Positions 27,400-42,259 of a stretch of DNA of 64,000 nucleotides are shown in pieces. The position numbers were made by a program, and so were the translations under genes. The notes beneath the pieces were generated by a model. It was given only the letters and a program-made list of their open reading frames with translations, was not told the DNA's origin and did not search any database. The stretch spans positions 14,508,001 through 14,572,000 of the forward strand of contig CM022665.1 in NCBI GenBank assembly GCA_012295275.1, in the 5' to 3' direction. Numbering within the stretch: position 1 is the first letter of the stretch; each line of letters starts with the position of its first letter. Source of the DNA: Chrysomallon squamiferum. Lineage: Eukaryota > Animalia > Mollusca.

Positions 27400-30300
27400 T
27401 CACTGGACGGACATAACATCTTCGCTAGTCATGAATTCTCTTACCTAGAAATGTTAAAAAAAAAAAATAAGAGAGAGACAGAGCAAGAAAAAAAAGAGAG
27501 GGAAGGACTGAAAAAACTAGAAAGTTAGAGAAACAAGAAAAACTGGATAATAAGAATTTAAAAAACAAATTTAAGCCCAGCAGTCCATTCAGCTGTATTG
27601 TTAAATGTGCTAAATGCTATGTTTATTCATTTTTATGTTTTATCTATTTCAAATGTTAATTGCCAAGATGGATAGATGGTTAATTAGTTAAAAAGACAAA
27701 CAGACAGGTATGTAAACAGAGACACAGATAAAAATACTGAAAGACAGATATACAGATATAGGTACACATTAACAGACAGAAAGACATTCAAAGAAAAATC
27801 TAGCAAAATAGACAAAATCAATAAACAGTAAACCCTCGATTTCTAATAAGGGTTATGGGTGACTTGTTATTAAAATCAGTTAAAAATAACAAATACCTTA
27901 ACAAGACACTTAAACATTACATCATATAATTTTAGTAATTTTAATATATGACATGTTTTATGTATTCATTATTTACACTATTAAAACAAAGTCATATTAG
28001 TTTGTAAGATAGTTTTGAATTTATTATTATTATTTTTTTTTTTTTTAAATAAAACTTTCTTGATTAAAGTAAGCAATCACTAAAAATTTCACAGACATAA
28101 GCTATGCATTATGTGATGTATCAAACATTCTGAATAGTGAGTGAATGTGATTTATTCACCTGTGCCTACAATACATACTACAACCTATCACTTCATGGCA
28201 TCCATCATCAATTTGTGGGAAAATCAAGTATTTGGTTCAAACTTAACAAAATCAGTGGACGAGAAATATTTTTCATATAAATCCAAAATCCATTCAACTC
28301 GGGTCCATTACATCACTGTCTGTTATTCTGAGGGTTTACTGTATATTTATTTATCTCCTGATTCAGAAATTTCTAGGTCATTCTGAGTCAAACCATGAAA
28401 TAAAATGGAAAGTTACAACCCAAACATCTCGGACTTTGACTAAAAATTCACAAATTTGTTTTGGTCTGAAACACTGAAGTATCTAAAATTACCTTCATTG
28501 GACGATCATTTTGGAAATTTGGACCTTAAACATTTTACATTTTTGATCAAAATGGACATTCTCACCAATCTAGATCATGTTACATCAACAACCAGTGAGC
28601 CAGTATTTGATGCTGTGGCACATGAGACCAAAACAAACTTGTATATCTGTTTGTATCAAAATCTGAGTCAGTCAGGTTGCATCCATTTGGTGAACTGACA
28701 CAGAATGACAATTCTCTCCTCAGTAAGAAAAAAATAATAATAATTTAAAAAATCTATGTTAAGTCATGAGAAAAACAGTGTATGTCTCACATTAAACAAA
28801 CAGCATAAACTGATACCTTGGGTACCATGATAAAACACTGTGTTAATGTAGTACCAACAAGAGTTATTATTGAAGTGACAATGTATCGGATAACTGCTCT
28901 TGTGCCTAGAGCGTATGACACCACCACTTCGAGAAACATTAGGATGACGAAATTGTATATGCTGATGCCAATGGATTTTGAATTATTAATTGACTTTATT
29001 TTGATCTACAATAAAAAAAAAAATTTTAGAAACCATTTGCATGACTTCCTCAGTGTACTTAATGGAAAATATATAATTATGACAATAAAAAAATTAAACA
29101 AATGAAAGCTATTAAAAAAAAAAAAAAAAAAATAAAGATATCTGAAGAAAGATTGGATGTAAGTAAGATAAAATGATAGTGAAGATCTACAGCACTTTAA
29201 AAAAAAAAAAAATTGGTTCTGTATTTTAAACATAAAAAAGATGTGTGTGTCTGTGTATCACATGTGAACGTGTTTTGACTGATTACCAGATTCAATTACA
29301 CACATTTCTTGTCTGAACTGCAAGGAAAGTTCCTAGAATCATTAGAACTGCTTGTATGGCAATCACACAGTACACATAGTAGTTTCCATGTTGTGATTCA
29401 CACACCAGAACCTTTGCAATCTCCTCATATTTTTTCTGTTTGGCATCCTACAGTGTTAAGTTTAATTATTGTTACTAATATTATTATGATTATTACTATT
29501 ATTTATATTATTATTATTATTGTTACTACTATTATCATTGCTGCTGCTCTTATTATTACTACTTATTACTACTGCTATTAGTATTACTATTATTACTAAT
29601 ACTATCACTATTATTACCATTACTACTACTATTATTATTACTATTTCTCCTACTGTTGGTATTATTACTATTACTGCTACTACTATTATTAGTATTACTG
29701 ACGTTGTGGTTTGGGATATAGTTAAAGAGGATGTACTTTTAAATAATCTAAAATATTCACATGCGCACAACAAAGACCAGTGTCAGTTTAGACTTCATAC
29801 TAATCATCATATATATATATATATATCTACATACATACATTCATATATACACACAAGCATATATACATTCATATATATATATAGAAAGAGATTCATCTGT
29901 ACATACATTCGTAGGTACATATACAATCATACATACGTATACATTCATACATTCATATATACACACATTCATACATGCACACACACACACAAACACACAT
30001 ATGCACATACATATACATACATAGTTATATATATAGAACAACTGTTCGCTCTTACTTTGAATGACTTTTTATCAGAGCCTGCTAGTTCATCCTTGTAAAC
30101 TTTTATTGTGAATGGATCCATAATAAACCAAATGGTGACGACAGCCACATTAATCATAACATAAAAGGTGACCAGAAGCAGCAGATGTACATCTTGAATA
30201 TTCTTTAGTTAGTTGATGGTGGGGAAACAATGAAAAAAACAAAACCAACAAATGCAGCATATTTATTCTGACAAGTGTAAAATGTTAAAGGAAAAAAAAA

Positions 30301-32981
30301 CAAAAAAAAAAAAAAAAAAAAAACATTTTTTGCTATGGTCAGATATCATTATTATAATTATTACAATGATTATTATTATTATTGTTGTTGTTAATTGTTT
30401 GCTTGCTATATTGTAAAAGTTAAACATGATAATATAAAATTAACTGTGTTCAAATGTCTTTTTTTAATAAAAAAAACCCCACCAAAATAAATAAATAATA
30501 ATAACAGTAAAATAAAATAAAATATAAATAAATAAATTATAATAAATTAAAATAATATTAAAATAAAATAAAATAAATAAAAATCACATAGGCGTTTAAA
30601 ATAATTATCTTAACAGTCAAAATTAATCTGAAAACTACATACTACTCTCTGCTTGGCACCTGTGGTAAATATTTTGTATACTCGCCACTGTTTGGCAAAC
30701 AGTGACCCATATGTCAGTGAAACACCAACAACAATAGAAACTATCCTCATCTGAAATAAAATAAGGAAGTTCAGATACAGACAAAATGAAATGCCCACAC
30801 AAATAAATATGATAATAAAATGATAAATGCACAGATAAATATGATAATAAAGTGACAATTGCACAGTCATCATAAAGATGATCATAAACTGATAATTGCA
30901 GATAAATATGACAATAAAATGATAAGTGCACAAATATGATAATAAATTAATTGCACAGATAAATATGACAATAAATGCTAATTGCACAGACAGATAAATA
31001 TGATAATAAATTAATTGCACAGAAGAAGACGATAATAAAACAATAATTTCACAGACTAATAAATATGATCATAAAGTGATAATGGCACAGACAGATAAAT
31101 ATGATAATAAAATCATAAATGGTCAAACAGATATAAAACTGACACTTGAAAGATTAGTTAGTGAAATAAAATGTCTTTAAGTTTATTTCTACTTACAGCA
31201 AAGGTAATTACATTCCTTAACATTCTCTCTGTCTCTCTCTCATGTCATGATTTTCATTTAATTATTATGTGTATAAGAACTCACCTGACAAATGGTAATG
31301 TTTGGATTTTCATGGATTTCATGTATAAATACAGAAATATACATGAGTATACAGCCAACCAAAGTAAAGTAACTCAGTCGTGGAGAGGATATTTTAATTA
31401 TTCTGCAAGAAAATAACTGTAAATATTACTATTTAAAAAAAAATTTTAAAAGTAATGATAATAATAACTGTAAATATACTATTTTGCATGAAAATATCAG
31501 TCAGTTTAGTTTTCAAGAATATAACTGTAAATATATTATTCTACAAGAAAACTGTAAATGTTATATTTCAAGAAAGGAACTGTAAATACAATTATTCTAT
31601 AAGAAAGTAACTGTAATCATTCTACCAAAAATTAAATAACTGTAAATATATTACAGGAAAACAACTGTAAATATACCACAAGAAAATTACTCTAAATATC
31701 ATATACTATGAAAAAATGCCTGTAAATATAATTATTCTACAAGAAAACAACTGACTTTATTAGTATATGTATTAAATTGACAAATATAAGAACAACTATT
31801 GTAAAGGGCAAATAGTATACTAATTGTGTTAATGGACAGAATGAGAGATGTGTTTGCTCTTTGATGTCAAGTCACACACAGTTTAAACATTTGAAACTAA
31901 AAATTATTTTATACATTTTAAGGCGTACCAGTGGCAGTATAAATAAATAGTCTAATAAAAGTTATTGATTTAGGAATGCTATCATTACTCATAATACAGT
32001 AAATATAATGCTGTCACGAATGTTTTGGACACCAAATATTTATCACTTACAACTGCTGTGATGATGTCATGTGTGATGAGCTGAAAAGTGTATATATCTT
32101 TTAACAGTAGAAGAAACTGGCCTCCTCTATATGCAGTGACTTAGATTTTATTTTCATTTTTTTTATCTGAAGGATATCTTTAAATGTGTTTCAGAAAAAA
32201 TCCCTCAATGCAATCTTTAAAACATTCATTTCTATATTATGATGACTCAAGATGGGAAAGAAACTGTAGGGTTTTACTTAATTTTTGTTCTTAATTTATG
32301 ATTATATGCTGTGACACTAATTATTTAGAACCATAATAAGAGAGATTGAAGCATGCAGCTGCCATGCTAAGAACTATTCATTTTCAATTAGCAGAAAGCA
32401 ATTTTCATATGCACCTTCCTTTAGACAGGAAAGGAAATAGCATGGCCCCTGATAAACCAGTGGGCAAAACACTGGCTGGGAGGAGAAATGGAAGCTTAAA
32501 ATGAAATGACAAATATTATGCAGGCCAAGTTGTGCACTAATCAATGAAATTTTTTTAAAATATTAAGTTAATTACAACTTATTGGTTGTGTGTATCATAT
32601 ACAGAATTCATGCAGAAAAATTATCAAAGAAACCAGAAAATCTATCTATCTATCTTTCTATCTATGAATATTTTAAAGACTCAAAGCTTATTTAAGTATA
32701 TCACTAATTGTATTAGTACATGCCATTGACTTATTGTACAATTGGTCACAAATGTTTTTAATTATAATTATTATTGTATCAAAACATTAGTTCAACTTAC
32801 CGGCTCTTCCTATTAATATAGAAGAATGCAAAGAAGAAAATAGTAAGTGCAATACCAAGAGATGACAGAATACAAAAAACGATGTAAATAGGTAGTGATA
32901 ATTTCTTATACTTCACAACAAAAACTGGGGAATCTAAAGGAACTCTGCCATCTGAATAGAAGAAAAAAAATAAAAAATAAA

Positions 32982-33024
<43 letters not shown>

Positions 33025-33029
33025 TTAAA

Positions 33030-33072
<43 letters not shown>

Positions 33073-33077
33073 TTAAA

Positions 33078-33115
<38 letters not shown>

Positions 33116-36100
33116 TAACAATAATAATAATTCAGCTAAAACCTATTTTGCTTGAAGCAGCAATGATTTATTTAAGGCTAAACGTTATTAAAAATCATTA
33201 CGACTAAATTGGCTTGTTATTTGAGATGATGGTGCACAAACCAATTTGTTAGTGGATAGGATAATGTAATTGTTAGTTTGTTAGTGAATATTGTAAAGTA
33301 ATGGTTTGTAAGTAAATATGTTAGAGTAATTACAGGTAAAGATGATAGTACAGTTGTTGGTGGAGATGATATCTACACTGACTATATCAGTGGAATGATG
33401 GTGTATCTGTTAGTTTGTTGGTAGAGATGATAATGATTGTTTATTAGTGGATGTAAGTGTAATCACTAATTTGTTAGTATAAATAAAAGCATATCTGTCA
33501 CTGGATAATATAGTGTAACTGTTAGTTTTGTAGTGAATATGACAATGTAACTGTTTGTTAGTGGATATGATAGTGTAAAAATTATTAGTGTTGGTTAAAG
33601 TTTAATTGTTAGTTTGTTAGTGGACATAAAGATATAATACCCTTTGTTTGTTAGTTAAGGATATGGTATAAAATACATGAGACATCTCAACAGGTATGTT
33701 AGCATGAATAATTATTCAGAAGCATTCAGATGATGAAACAACAGTATAATTTAGCCCAAAACACATTACTCTGTGTTTGCTAATAATGTATGCAATAACA
33801 ACTGACACAAATAGGTTAATTCTGTTCAGGATCACTAATTAAATCTTCTTTTGAAGTCATATAAATTAGCCTTGACCTAAGATATTATATTATAAATCTT
33901 GCTGAGTAATGTTATCTGTGAAATGCAGGGGAAAGAAATGCAATATGAAGTATGAACAATACATTGAAATAGTTACAAATGAGTTGTTCAAAATAACATG
34001 TTAAACATACCTTTCCAGATAATCGATTGTACGTTATCACTAACCCAGCTTAACCTTGCATTAGGATCTGTCTGGTCATATGTCCCAATCACAATGTGTC
34101 TACCATCTTCAGAGAAAGATAAAGCAGAAACAAAATAAAGAGGGTGAAAGGAGAGTCAGAGACAGCGATAGAAACAAAGACACAGAGTGAGAGAGAGACA
34201 GAGAGAGAAAGAGAGTGGTGGGAACATAATGAACAAGATATCAAAGACATAGTGAGAAAGAAAGAAGCAAGAGAAAAGAAAGCATCTCATTATAGCAGCC
34301 ATATGAACTGACAAACATACCTTTAAAAACTTCAATTTTAAACATATTTTGCCTGTCTCCACTTTTGTCAAACACAACATGTCCACTTGCTCCATCAAAG
34401 TCTGTTCTCCTTACATATTCAAATAGTTTCCTCCCAATAAAAGTATTCGTATAAGTAAAATCTTCTATTTTGAGGTTTCCTCCTAACAACAGAGTTTGAA
34501 AGAGATATTATAAATATTTCAGAAAATAATATATATAATTATGGAAAATTCCAAGATGGTGAAAGTTGTATTTATAGTCCTCACCCAGACATATACCAGT
34601 TTAATCTCTTTGATGTTAATTAGTGACAAAATTAATTAGAAACTAAAAGAAGATGTTTGTTCTTCTTGTGGGAAATGTGTTAACTGCTTCAAAGATTAAA
34701 AAAAGAAGCTGAACCCTTTCAAGTGGAAAGAGAACAACTGCAAAAGTAGTGATGGCAACAGAAATACAATAAGTGTATGTTTACACACTTACATACATAT
34801 ATAAACTGTCTGCTTTTGAGAATGAATTTAAAAAAATAATAATTTAACCAAATTATAACTAATTAATAAATTACTGCTTTTCTTCATCATGATTCCATCA
34901 ATATCTTGACAGTAACATTATTAAACTAATTAACAAAAGTATAACAAACCGTGATTCTTCAAATCAGCAATTGTTTTATTAATGGCTATAGCAGCAGTCC
35001 AAACAGAATCATAGGACATTAGACCAATCGATATACCAAATGACTGAAACTCTTCCATATTAAGCATGAACTGAACTATTTCCTCTGTTCTGTAACCAGC
35101 CACTGTATGTCTGCTGATGTTTGGCAACCAGTATTCATCCACAGAGATGTACCCATTTATGACCTTCAGAAGCTGATCTGGTGTGCAAGGTATTGACGGG
35201 TCTGTCAAGGACCACCAGTTTGTGCTGTACCAGTTACATAAAATCCACACAATGTTTGGTCCATAGAGATTGATTTTGTAAGCCTGTAAATTACAAATAA
35301 ACAAAAATAACTAAAGGCCAGACACACATGAATGAACGTTATTTGAGAAGACATAACAATTGGTACAGTGCTCTTTTACTGTAGTATACATGCATGCTTA
35401 TCACTGCTGGATGTTCTCATATCTGACACTACAGTTCACTAAACCTTGGAGTTCCCCTGATTGCTGTTCGATACAATATATGACATGTATCTGTATAACC
35501 ACAGGAAATGAATAAGGAAATCTAGAAAGAACCAGAAGTTGTTAACTGACTGTTCTGCCGGTAGCCATGCTGCATACACATTTTCCAACAAAATACTGTT
35601 TTACTAGAAACACTGGTGCAAGCAAAATGAAGAACCAAAATACATTTTTCTCAGACTTTTATTGACTTACAAACATTTTCCTGAAATCTAAGACTTCTAA
35701 AACACTTAATTTTTAAGAAGCTGTGGGTTTTCTTTTGACAGCTGAAATGTAATAAATCTTACCTCACAGAGAACCTTACGAGCAACATCTTCATAAAAAT
35801 ATCCAACTATAATCCGTGAATTTAGTTCCTAAAAGTAATATTTAATAATTGGTTTGATAAACAATATTTCTGTACAGATTCAGAATAAACCATATGTTAT
35901 TCTTTTGTTTACTGTTACATTTTTGTGTATGTCTTTTGTTTATTAACATTATCATTATTATTATTATTATTATATCTTTATGTATGTCTTTTATAATTGT
36001 GCGCACATCAGTTACTGGAAAAACAATGTTCTCTGGATTAAACCATGCTTATTCTAAGCCTTTGTTTTACCCCCACCCACAACAGACACACACAACCTGC

Positions 36101-36558
36101 TGTTTATTACTTAAAGAAAAAACTAAAATCATGACTGAATACACAGTAAATGACATTAAAATTTTAGTAATGAAAGTAAAGATATTGATTTGTAAAATCT
36201 ATCATAAACAACAAAAACATTAACAATAATAATGAAACACTGACAACATGCTTGATGTATAAAAATTATTATTATATATTTACCATTACTATTTTGTTTT
36301 TCTGTTATTCTTTTCTTTCAAATTTCTTGATGTTGGTATACAAACTCACTAAATAATTTATATGAAAAGAAAAAAGAATGACATAAATGTGTGTATCAAA
36401 TACCTTCAACTGTGCAACTGGAGATGAAACATCGTCACCAGAAACAATAGTAGAAGCAAGATTCTCCATGTTTTCTTCATCTAGTAAACTGAGAACTTTA
36501 CGATTTGTCTGATGACCCAAATTACAACAAAGTAATTAATTAAAAAATAATAACAATG

Positions 36559-36596
<38 letters not shown>

Positions 36597-39500
36597 TAAC
36601 AATAAATAAATAAATTACTTAATTAAAATAAATATATATATATGCTAATTAATTAATTTTAATAAAAATTTATATTAATTAATTAATTTAATTAATAATA
36701 AACTTCATACTAAAGGGTTTCGACTTTTCTGGGTTTTTTGTTTAATTTTTTTGTTATTTTTGTCATTTGTTTTTGTTTTGTTTTTTTGCTTTTTTCTCTC
36801 TCTGAAACATTTCACAGTGAAACTGCAAATAAAAAAAGCAAAAATATTTGACAGTAAAATTTTGTCCAGTATTATTATCCCTTCCAGTATTAATAACATC
36901 ATGAACTATAATAATTTTCTTTTTCCTAATCCACTGTTCTTTTAAAATTAGAATTAGTGACATATTAATGAAGAAAAAAAATATATATATATATATTCTG
37001 TGAACAATGTAGTAACTATATCAACAGCAGCTGAACAGTAGTGATAGTAGTACTATTTTAATTTAATTACTGATTTGCAGGCCAATTTTACCTCTGCGAA
37101 AAGCAGTACTGGTTGGTGTATGGTTGAGATTTTAGTCCACTTAAAATACTTAAAGATTTCTATCAGTACAACAATGCTATGAGTCTCTGGTGGTGTGGTT
37201 CTGAAGAACCATTTGTATTTGTCTTTGTTGGACAAGACCGGAGATGATGAAACATGTGAAATCTGTAAGAAAAAAAATAAATATAATATATCTATGGGAC
37301 TGATTTCTTTTCCATGGCAAGTTCTCCTTTTCCCCTTTCAAGTACTTGTTATTACAGCTTGATAAAAAGAAAAGAAATAAAATTAGAAAAAATTGATTTA
37401 TATGTTAATAATTTCTGCTTGTTGCCTGAAATTATCAGATTTTAATTTTTTTTAATTAATTTAACAAAATTAAAAAATAAAAACCTAGCAACAAAACCTT
37501 TCTCTTTTTTTTACTTTTTTTATATCTGAATATCAAACAAAAATATTATGGTCAAAATCTGTTTAAAAACTGAACAAAATCCACCTCGTAGAATAACATT
37601 AATTCTTCTGAAAGCTAGCATGTCTACATTTTGGGTTTTTAGGCTAGTTTTGCAGATTCAACAACATGTTTTATTTTAATTTACTGTTATTATTATTTTT
37701 AATATCATTATCATTATTTTAATAAATTTATTTATTATGATTCTCGGAGAATGGGCTTAGTCACATGCAAGTGGCTATTCCTGATCAATTATGGTAATAA
37801 TGGAGAATTTCTTTTTATGGCTAATATATATTCATTGTTAATGCTAAAAGATTAAATGATCACATACTTTAAACTACCTGTAATGAAGTGTTGTGTGATG
37901 TGTGAGATTTGATTATATAACTATTAGATCTCAAGTAAAATTACCAATGTACAAGAAGGTGTTTATGAAAGGTGCACACAAAAGATACATTCCTTGCAAA
38001 GACCAGTCTTCATGCCATAATGGTTGTGTGATGATTTCATGGCATGGAAATACTTACAAAAACCAGACTTCATGGTATAACAGTACTCTGTAGACTTCAT
38101 GACAAGGAGATACTTACAAAACCAGTATTCATGGTATAATGGTTATGTAAAGACTTCATGGCATGGGGATATTAAGATCAGATCTCAAAACCAGTTATGT
38201 CAAAACCAAACAAAGATCACTAACTTTTAATGATGACGATGATGATGATAATGATGATGATAATATTAATAATAATAAAGTATTATTATAACAACAGTGA
38301 TAATGTGATTATGATGATATGATATGATAATAGCAACAATGACAACAACATACCTGTACAAGATTCCACCGGTAACTAACCAAGGCAGTGGCCTCTGAAA
38401 CTACAGAACATGCTGCACCCAGCACCATAATTTTTGTTGGTTTCTTATAAAGTTGATAATACAGCATATCCAGACCTGTGCCTCCATCACACTTAAACAA
38501 TAAATAAAAATAAATAAATTAAAAAAAACAGCTTGAATATAGCCTGTCCAAAAAAATTCTTAAAGATTAAATCAAAAATAAATAAATAAATAAATAAACA
38601 AACACTGTGAGATGCCTCTAAATGTTTTCCACAATCTTGTGATATACATAACAATTAACTCAGTGTTTAAACCCTCTAAACACTGGGCAAACAGTTCAGT
38701 TCTAATGTGTCAATTTAATGTAACCAGAGAATCAAATCAATACTAATCAATAAAATCATTTCAACCAGTTGAGAAAGATGAATGCATCTGTTAGTCCTGT
38801 CCCATTTGGCTGAATTCCCAACTGGTCAAAAAATAAGTAAACACTTATTACCCAAGTAGTTAATGAATTGGATATCACTGGTCAACTTTTGAAGCTGTAG
38901 TGACATGAATTAATGATTTTTTTTAAATGTTGAAACATGTTTTGCTTTTTGTATAGTGCTCTTTCTTTCAGAAAAACTCTGACAACTTTTTATATTCATG
39001 CTATGAACCTAATGGCTACAGAGTATCTTTTATGCCAATCAGCACTTCGTTTTTGAATTATTGTTAGTTTTTGGTGTTCAGTATCTCCTTTTTATAACAT
39101 GTTCTTATTATTATCTGCTCCATTCACTATTAATGCTCTTAATTCTTCATTTTGCCATATGTCATTCATTTGTTTCACTGCTAATTCTGTCATGAAAACA
39201 TTTTTTTCTTATGGGCTCTTAATCTGGAACAGTTCATTATAATGACTGGGGTAACAACTTGTGTATAAGTAAGACTACTGAACCATATATGATGTTTTAG
39301 CAGTTCAACCATGTGAGAATTCTGTTGGCTGCATGTGCAGCCATTGTTAAGCAAAGACCAAAATGTAGACTGATTTAGCAATTGACAATTTTGGATTTGC
39401 TGATATATTTTTTGCTTTAAATTATTCACATGTAAATGTTTATTTTTATAATGCTCATATAAATGCACAATGCTTTCAAAAATTAACTCTTGTTTTGTCA

Positions 39501-39982
39501 CTTTATCAGTTTCTCTGTTTAGTTGAAAAAGAAGGTATTTCCATCATTGCAAAACTACACACATCTTTTGAACAGCCATTTTACTTGGTCCAGTAGATGT
39601 CTGGTTTGGAAGGGTTGAACTATTCATTTAATACATATTTTAGACAGAATCAGGCTGAAAAAGGAAGAGGAAAGAAAGGTTCAGAAAGAGGAAAAGCATG
39701 ACATTATTTAAGTTATAATAATGTATATTTCAAAAGATAATAGTGTGTACATTAACATACACTGGTATTATTCCAAAGTATTTTCATGTTATAACCATCC
39801 AGGAAGTTCTCTTTCTCACTGATATGTTTCAATGCTAGATTCATAGCTGCCACTATAGAATAACCACCAGTCCAGCTCCCTTCAAATGGTGCAAGTCCTA
39901 TCAAATAAAGATCCTGAACACACACTACACATGATATCGATGTCAAAGTTAATATGTGTATGAACAGTGATGTTTTCTGCAT
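27400..39982 (-). CDS. GABA-B-receptor-like class C GPCR, paralog A (~731 aa, 15 coding exons)
   Basis: Exons 39982-39761, 38491-38354, 37262-37092, 36508-36404, 35828-35763, 35283-34950, 34482-34321, 34106-34011, 32951-32801, 31402-31285, 30750-30643, 30202-30056, 29447-29304, 29005-28817 and a probable last exon 27444-27400 (alternative 28646-28575). Signal peptide. Venus-flytrap motifs GSWTGG, GAACSVVS, SSSPVLSNKDKYKWFFRT, YDSVW, FDGASGHVVFD..GDR. 7TM motifs IKISSP, GSLFAKQWRVY, W..DP, QTRN, IGISIYN, VPK. Open throughout. Confidence 0.9.
27826..28341. mobile_element. Tc1/mariner(pogo)-type MITE
   Basis: Perfect 12-bp TIR CAGTAAACCCTC (27826) / GAGGGTTTACTG (28341), followed by TA on the right flank. 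CAGT termini are typical of Tc1/mariner/pogo. Confidence 0.7.
30790..31135. repeat. ~30-bp minisatellite (GCACAGATAAATATGATAATAAA...)
   Basis: About 10 degenerate units in intron 10 of GPCR A. Confidence 0.8.
31395..31755 (-). repeat. ~28-bp minisatellite derived from the exon-10 splice acceptor of GPCR A
   Basis: The unit ATTATTCT(G/A)CAAGAAAATAACTGTAAAT starts across the acceptor (31403-31404) and repeats about 10 times into the intron. Confidence 0.75.
32360..32490 (+). repeat. Decayed copy of the same dispersed SINE-like repeat
   Basis: TTTTCAATTAGCAG..TATGCACC.TCC..AGACAGG..TGATAAACCAGT..CACTGGCTGG; reverse-complement similar to 46490-46600. Confidence 0.5.
33240..33665. repeat. Degenerate ~30-bp minisatellite (GTAATTGTTAGTTTGTTAGTGGATATGATA)
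   Basis: Recurrent TTAGTTTGTTAGTGGA motif. Confidence 0.7.
37985..38175. repeat. ~60-bp tandem repeat, 3 copies
   Basis: ATACTTACAAAA(A)CCAG..TTCATGGTATAA..GACTTCATGGCATGG recurs. Confidence 0.7.
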
Positions 39983-40045
39983 CTGAAATTTTTAAAATTA
40001 TAATAAAAATAAAAGAAAAACAGAATTTGAGTGTATGTGTGTGTA

Positions 40046-40076
<31 letters not shown>

Positions 40077-40701
40077 ATTATTATTATTTGAAAAAAATTT
40101 AAAAATTTAAAAATAAAAATTAAAATGTTTACTGTGAAAATGAGAATTAAAAGCAAGAGATATATATACATATGGTAAATGAGGTAAGAAAAGGGTGCTT
40201 TTCAACTGCACAAAAATAAGGCTTCAGAATTGGCTACCTGGAATTTTAAGTGACTCAAGGTCAAGTTTTAAAGACTAACACCAAAATTACCTTCTGTGCT
40301 TGTTTCATATTTCTGTCACCTATTCAAAAATATTTTAAAAAATGTTTTGACCTATAAGACTACATTTAAGTGATCATTTTTGCATTACAGCTTGACTTCA
40401 GTATTAGCTAGACTTACCATTAAAGCAGTTATTTACCAAAAATGTGTTTTAGTTTGCCTGTATTTCAAAATGTACAGAAATACCTGTCAACATAATATTA
40501 ACTTCAGGTGGCATTCAGAACCTGGCTTAAAATGTAAAGAGGAATAAATAATATAAAATCCTGTACAATCCCTCCTGACATAAAAACACCACTTCTAATA
40601 TTTATACAAGTATAATAGTTTTGTCAAGTTTGGAGTTGGTTGAACGTTTTATTATATTGTATTACTGCAAAGTATATTATTTATAAAAACAAACAAACAA
40701 A

Positions 40702-40740
<39 letters not shown>

Positions 40741-41218
40741 AAGAAAGAAAAGTAAAATAAGGAATCTGAAACTGATAAATATGTTAAGATTTGAAGCTCA
40801 TCATTCATTCCTTTGACAGCCGTGTGAATAACACAAAACAAAGGTGGTGCTAAACTGTTAGATGATGGCCAAAAGTAAGTTGATGACCACCATCCAGAGA
40901 TACTTCCATCCTCTGAGCTTTTACCTTGCAAATATTCAATGACTCGCGCTGGAACATTCAGACTGGTTTCCACACATCTATTCGGAACCAATGTGGTGAA
41001 CCACTGAAATAATGTGTTCTTCTTGCGACATCAAACTACAAATCAAGTTACGAAATTACATGTTGCTCATAACATATTTTGTTCCGATTTTTCTTACCGG
41101 TTATAAGGATAGCGAATTATTGTAACTATTGTTTTTAAACTCTTCTTGGTAAAAATATTGAACCATACTCGGTCTTCGAAAATATGGTTTGCTAATTTCG
41201 TTCTTTAAACAAATATTC

Positions 41219-41272
41219 AGGAAGTAAACGTTTACATTGATCAATCTATCAATATACGTCACATGACGTCAT
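41219..41272. promoter_or_regulatory. Putative promoter of GPCR A (ETS-like GGAAGT, overlapping GTCACATGAC and perfect CRE TGACGTCA)
   Basis: Lies in a CpG-retaining zone ~1.3 kb upstream of the ATG. The ATG directly follows a splice acceptor, so an upstream non-coding exon is required. Candidate - strand donors at ~41097 and ~40923. Confidence 0.4.
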
Positions 41273-41346
41273 ATAGTTACAATTCAATGAACTTCAAAAG
41301 TGTAACATGTTGCTGAGATTCAAAACCAGCCTTATGAGAAAAAGAC

Positions 41347-41387
<41 letters not shown>

Positions 41388-42202
41388 GAAAGTACGAAAG
41401 AAAGAAAGAAAAAATAACACATATGCTTTGATATCAAATAGTACCAATAATCTTCACCGCGTCACTGAACATTTACATATCAAGTTTACATATTCTTCTG
41501 GTTATTATTAATAAATATTAATTTGTTAGGTATTTTTAATTTTTTTATTATGGTGATTATTATTTTTTTCATTGACACAGGTAATCATTTAATGTAATAA
41601 TTCTATATATGTATATAAAAAAAAAAATAATAATAATTGTAAAAATAAATAAAATTAATTTAAAAAGTATCATGAAAAAAAATATCATATTCCATTCTAC
41701 AAAATATTTAAAATGGGGACGAAGAAGGATGAAGTTAGACCATACACTATCTGTTACACATCCGTTTTATATAATATGTGTTTCAGTGGACGAAGCATTT
41801 AAATTCGTATTATACAGGGAATTTCTGGAAAATTCAGCCAGTCTCCTGGTTCGGGAAATAACGGCCAATTCTCGAATGACTTTTCCGAACTATGACATCA
41901 GCGGAACACTAAATCAGGAAGGAAAAAAACAAACAAAAACAACAACAACAAACAAACAAATTATACAAAAAGAATGGATTTCACAACGGTTAATTCGACA
42001 AATTGCGTATATTAAATTATATAGCCTCATGGGATCTTTTTTTCGATCCTTCGCTTTATATTTCTTCCATAAGGATTACAATTCGTCTTTATTTTATATT
42101 TATTTATTTATTGTTTTATTTATTATTGGAGAAGTGCTAACTCAATATTTATTTATTTATTTATTTATTTATTATTGGAGAAGTGCTAACTCAATATTTA
42201 TT

Positions 42203-42259
<57 letters not shown>

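Noticed and set aside
38660-39620. Possible MITE with ends AACCCTCTAAAC / GTTTGGAAGGGTT
   Set aside because: The inverted match is short and imperfect; insufficient support.
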